Sequence record: MK250016.1
DNA: 32,000 nucleotides
Origin: Prevotella phage Lak-A1
Reading direction: 5' to 3' (one strand)
In this document: positions 31,966 through 32,000 of the stretch, piece by piece
How positions within the stretch are numbered: position 1 is the first letter of the stretch
How the letters are laid out: the number at the start of each line of letters is the position of its first letter
The notes under the pieces: model-generated
Seen by the model: the letters and a program-made list of their open reading frames with translations, nothing else
What the model was told of the DNA's origin: nothing
The model's database searches: none
Program-made: the position numbers and the translations under genes

Positions 31966-32000
31966 TTATTTTAGTTTACGACCACAAATTGGACAATAAT
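31966..32000 (-). CDS. C-terminal fragment of a zinc-ribbon protein (partial)
   Basis: Minus strand reads YCPICGRKLK-TAA at the window edge. Confidence 0.35.
   Translation of the reverse strand, partial: YCPICGRKLK

Noticed and set aside
1-32000. CRISPR array or DGR reverse transcriptase
   Set aside because: No regularly spaced short repeats and no reverse-transcriptase-like ORF were seen.

Overview
AT-rich window with short intergenic gaps and strong terminators between modules. It looks like part of a large tailed phage, probably one infecting Bacteroidota (inference). The main result is that UAG is read as a sense codon, almost certainly Gln (NCBI code 15). At least 13 genes contain in-frame TAGs (about 78 by my count), and every gene end I checked is TAA or TGA. 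Because the ORF track uses the standard code, it fragments these genes; I rebuilt them by hand: a UvsX/RecA-like recombinase (8789-10084), a gp32-like SSB (11395-12534), a dNMP-kinase-like protein (12770-13375), a PD-(D/E)XK nuclease (5645-6505), two paralogous Vsr-like homing endonucleases flanking uvsX (one with an apparent single-base frameshift), a 733-aa probable structural protein (23558-25759), a gp26-like baseplate protein (22443-23492), two DUF1566/lectin-like proteins, and a spanin-like membrane protein. Other notable content: a fused DHFR-thymidylate synthase (18025-19575), three different nucleotidyltransferase-fold proteins, a roughly 490-nt structured noncoding RNA candidate closed by a tRNA-like acceptor/T-arm (16105-16592), and a ~100-bp direct repeat pair at 26.6-27.0 kb. 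TAG use is uneven: the 0-3.3 kb and 27-32 kb modules and the DHFR-TS gene have none.
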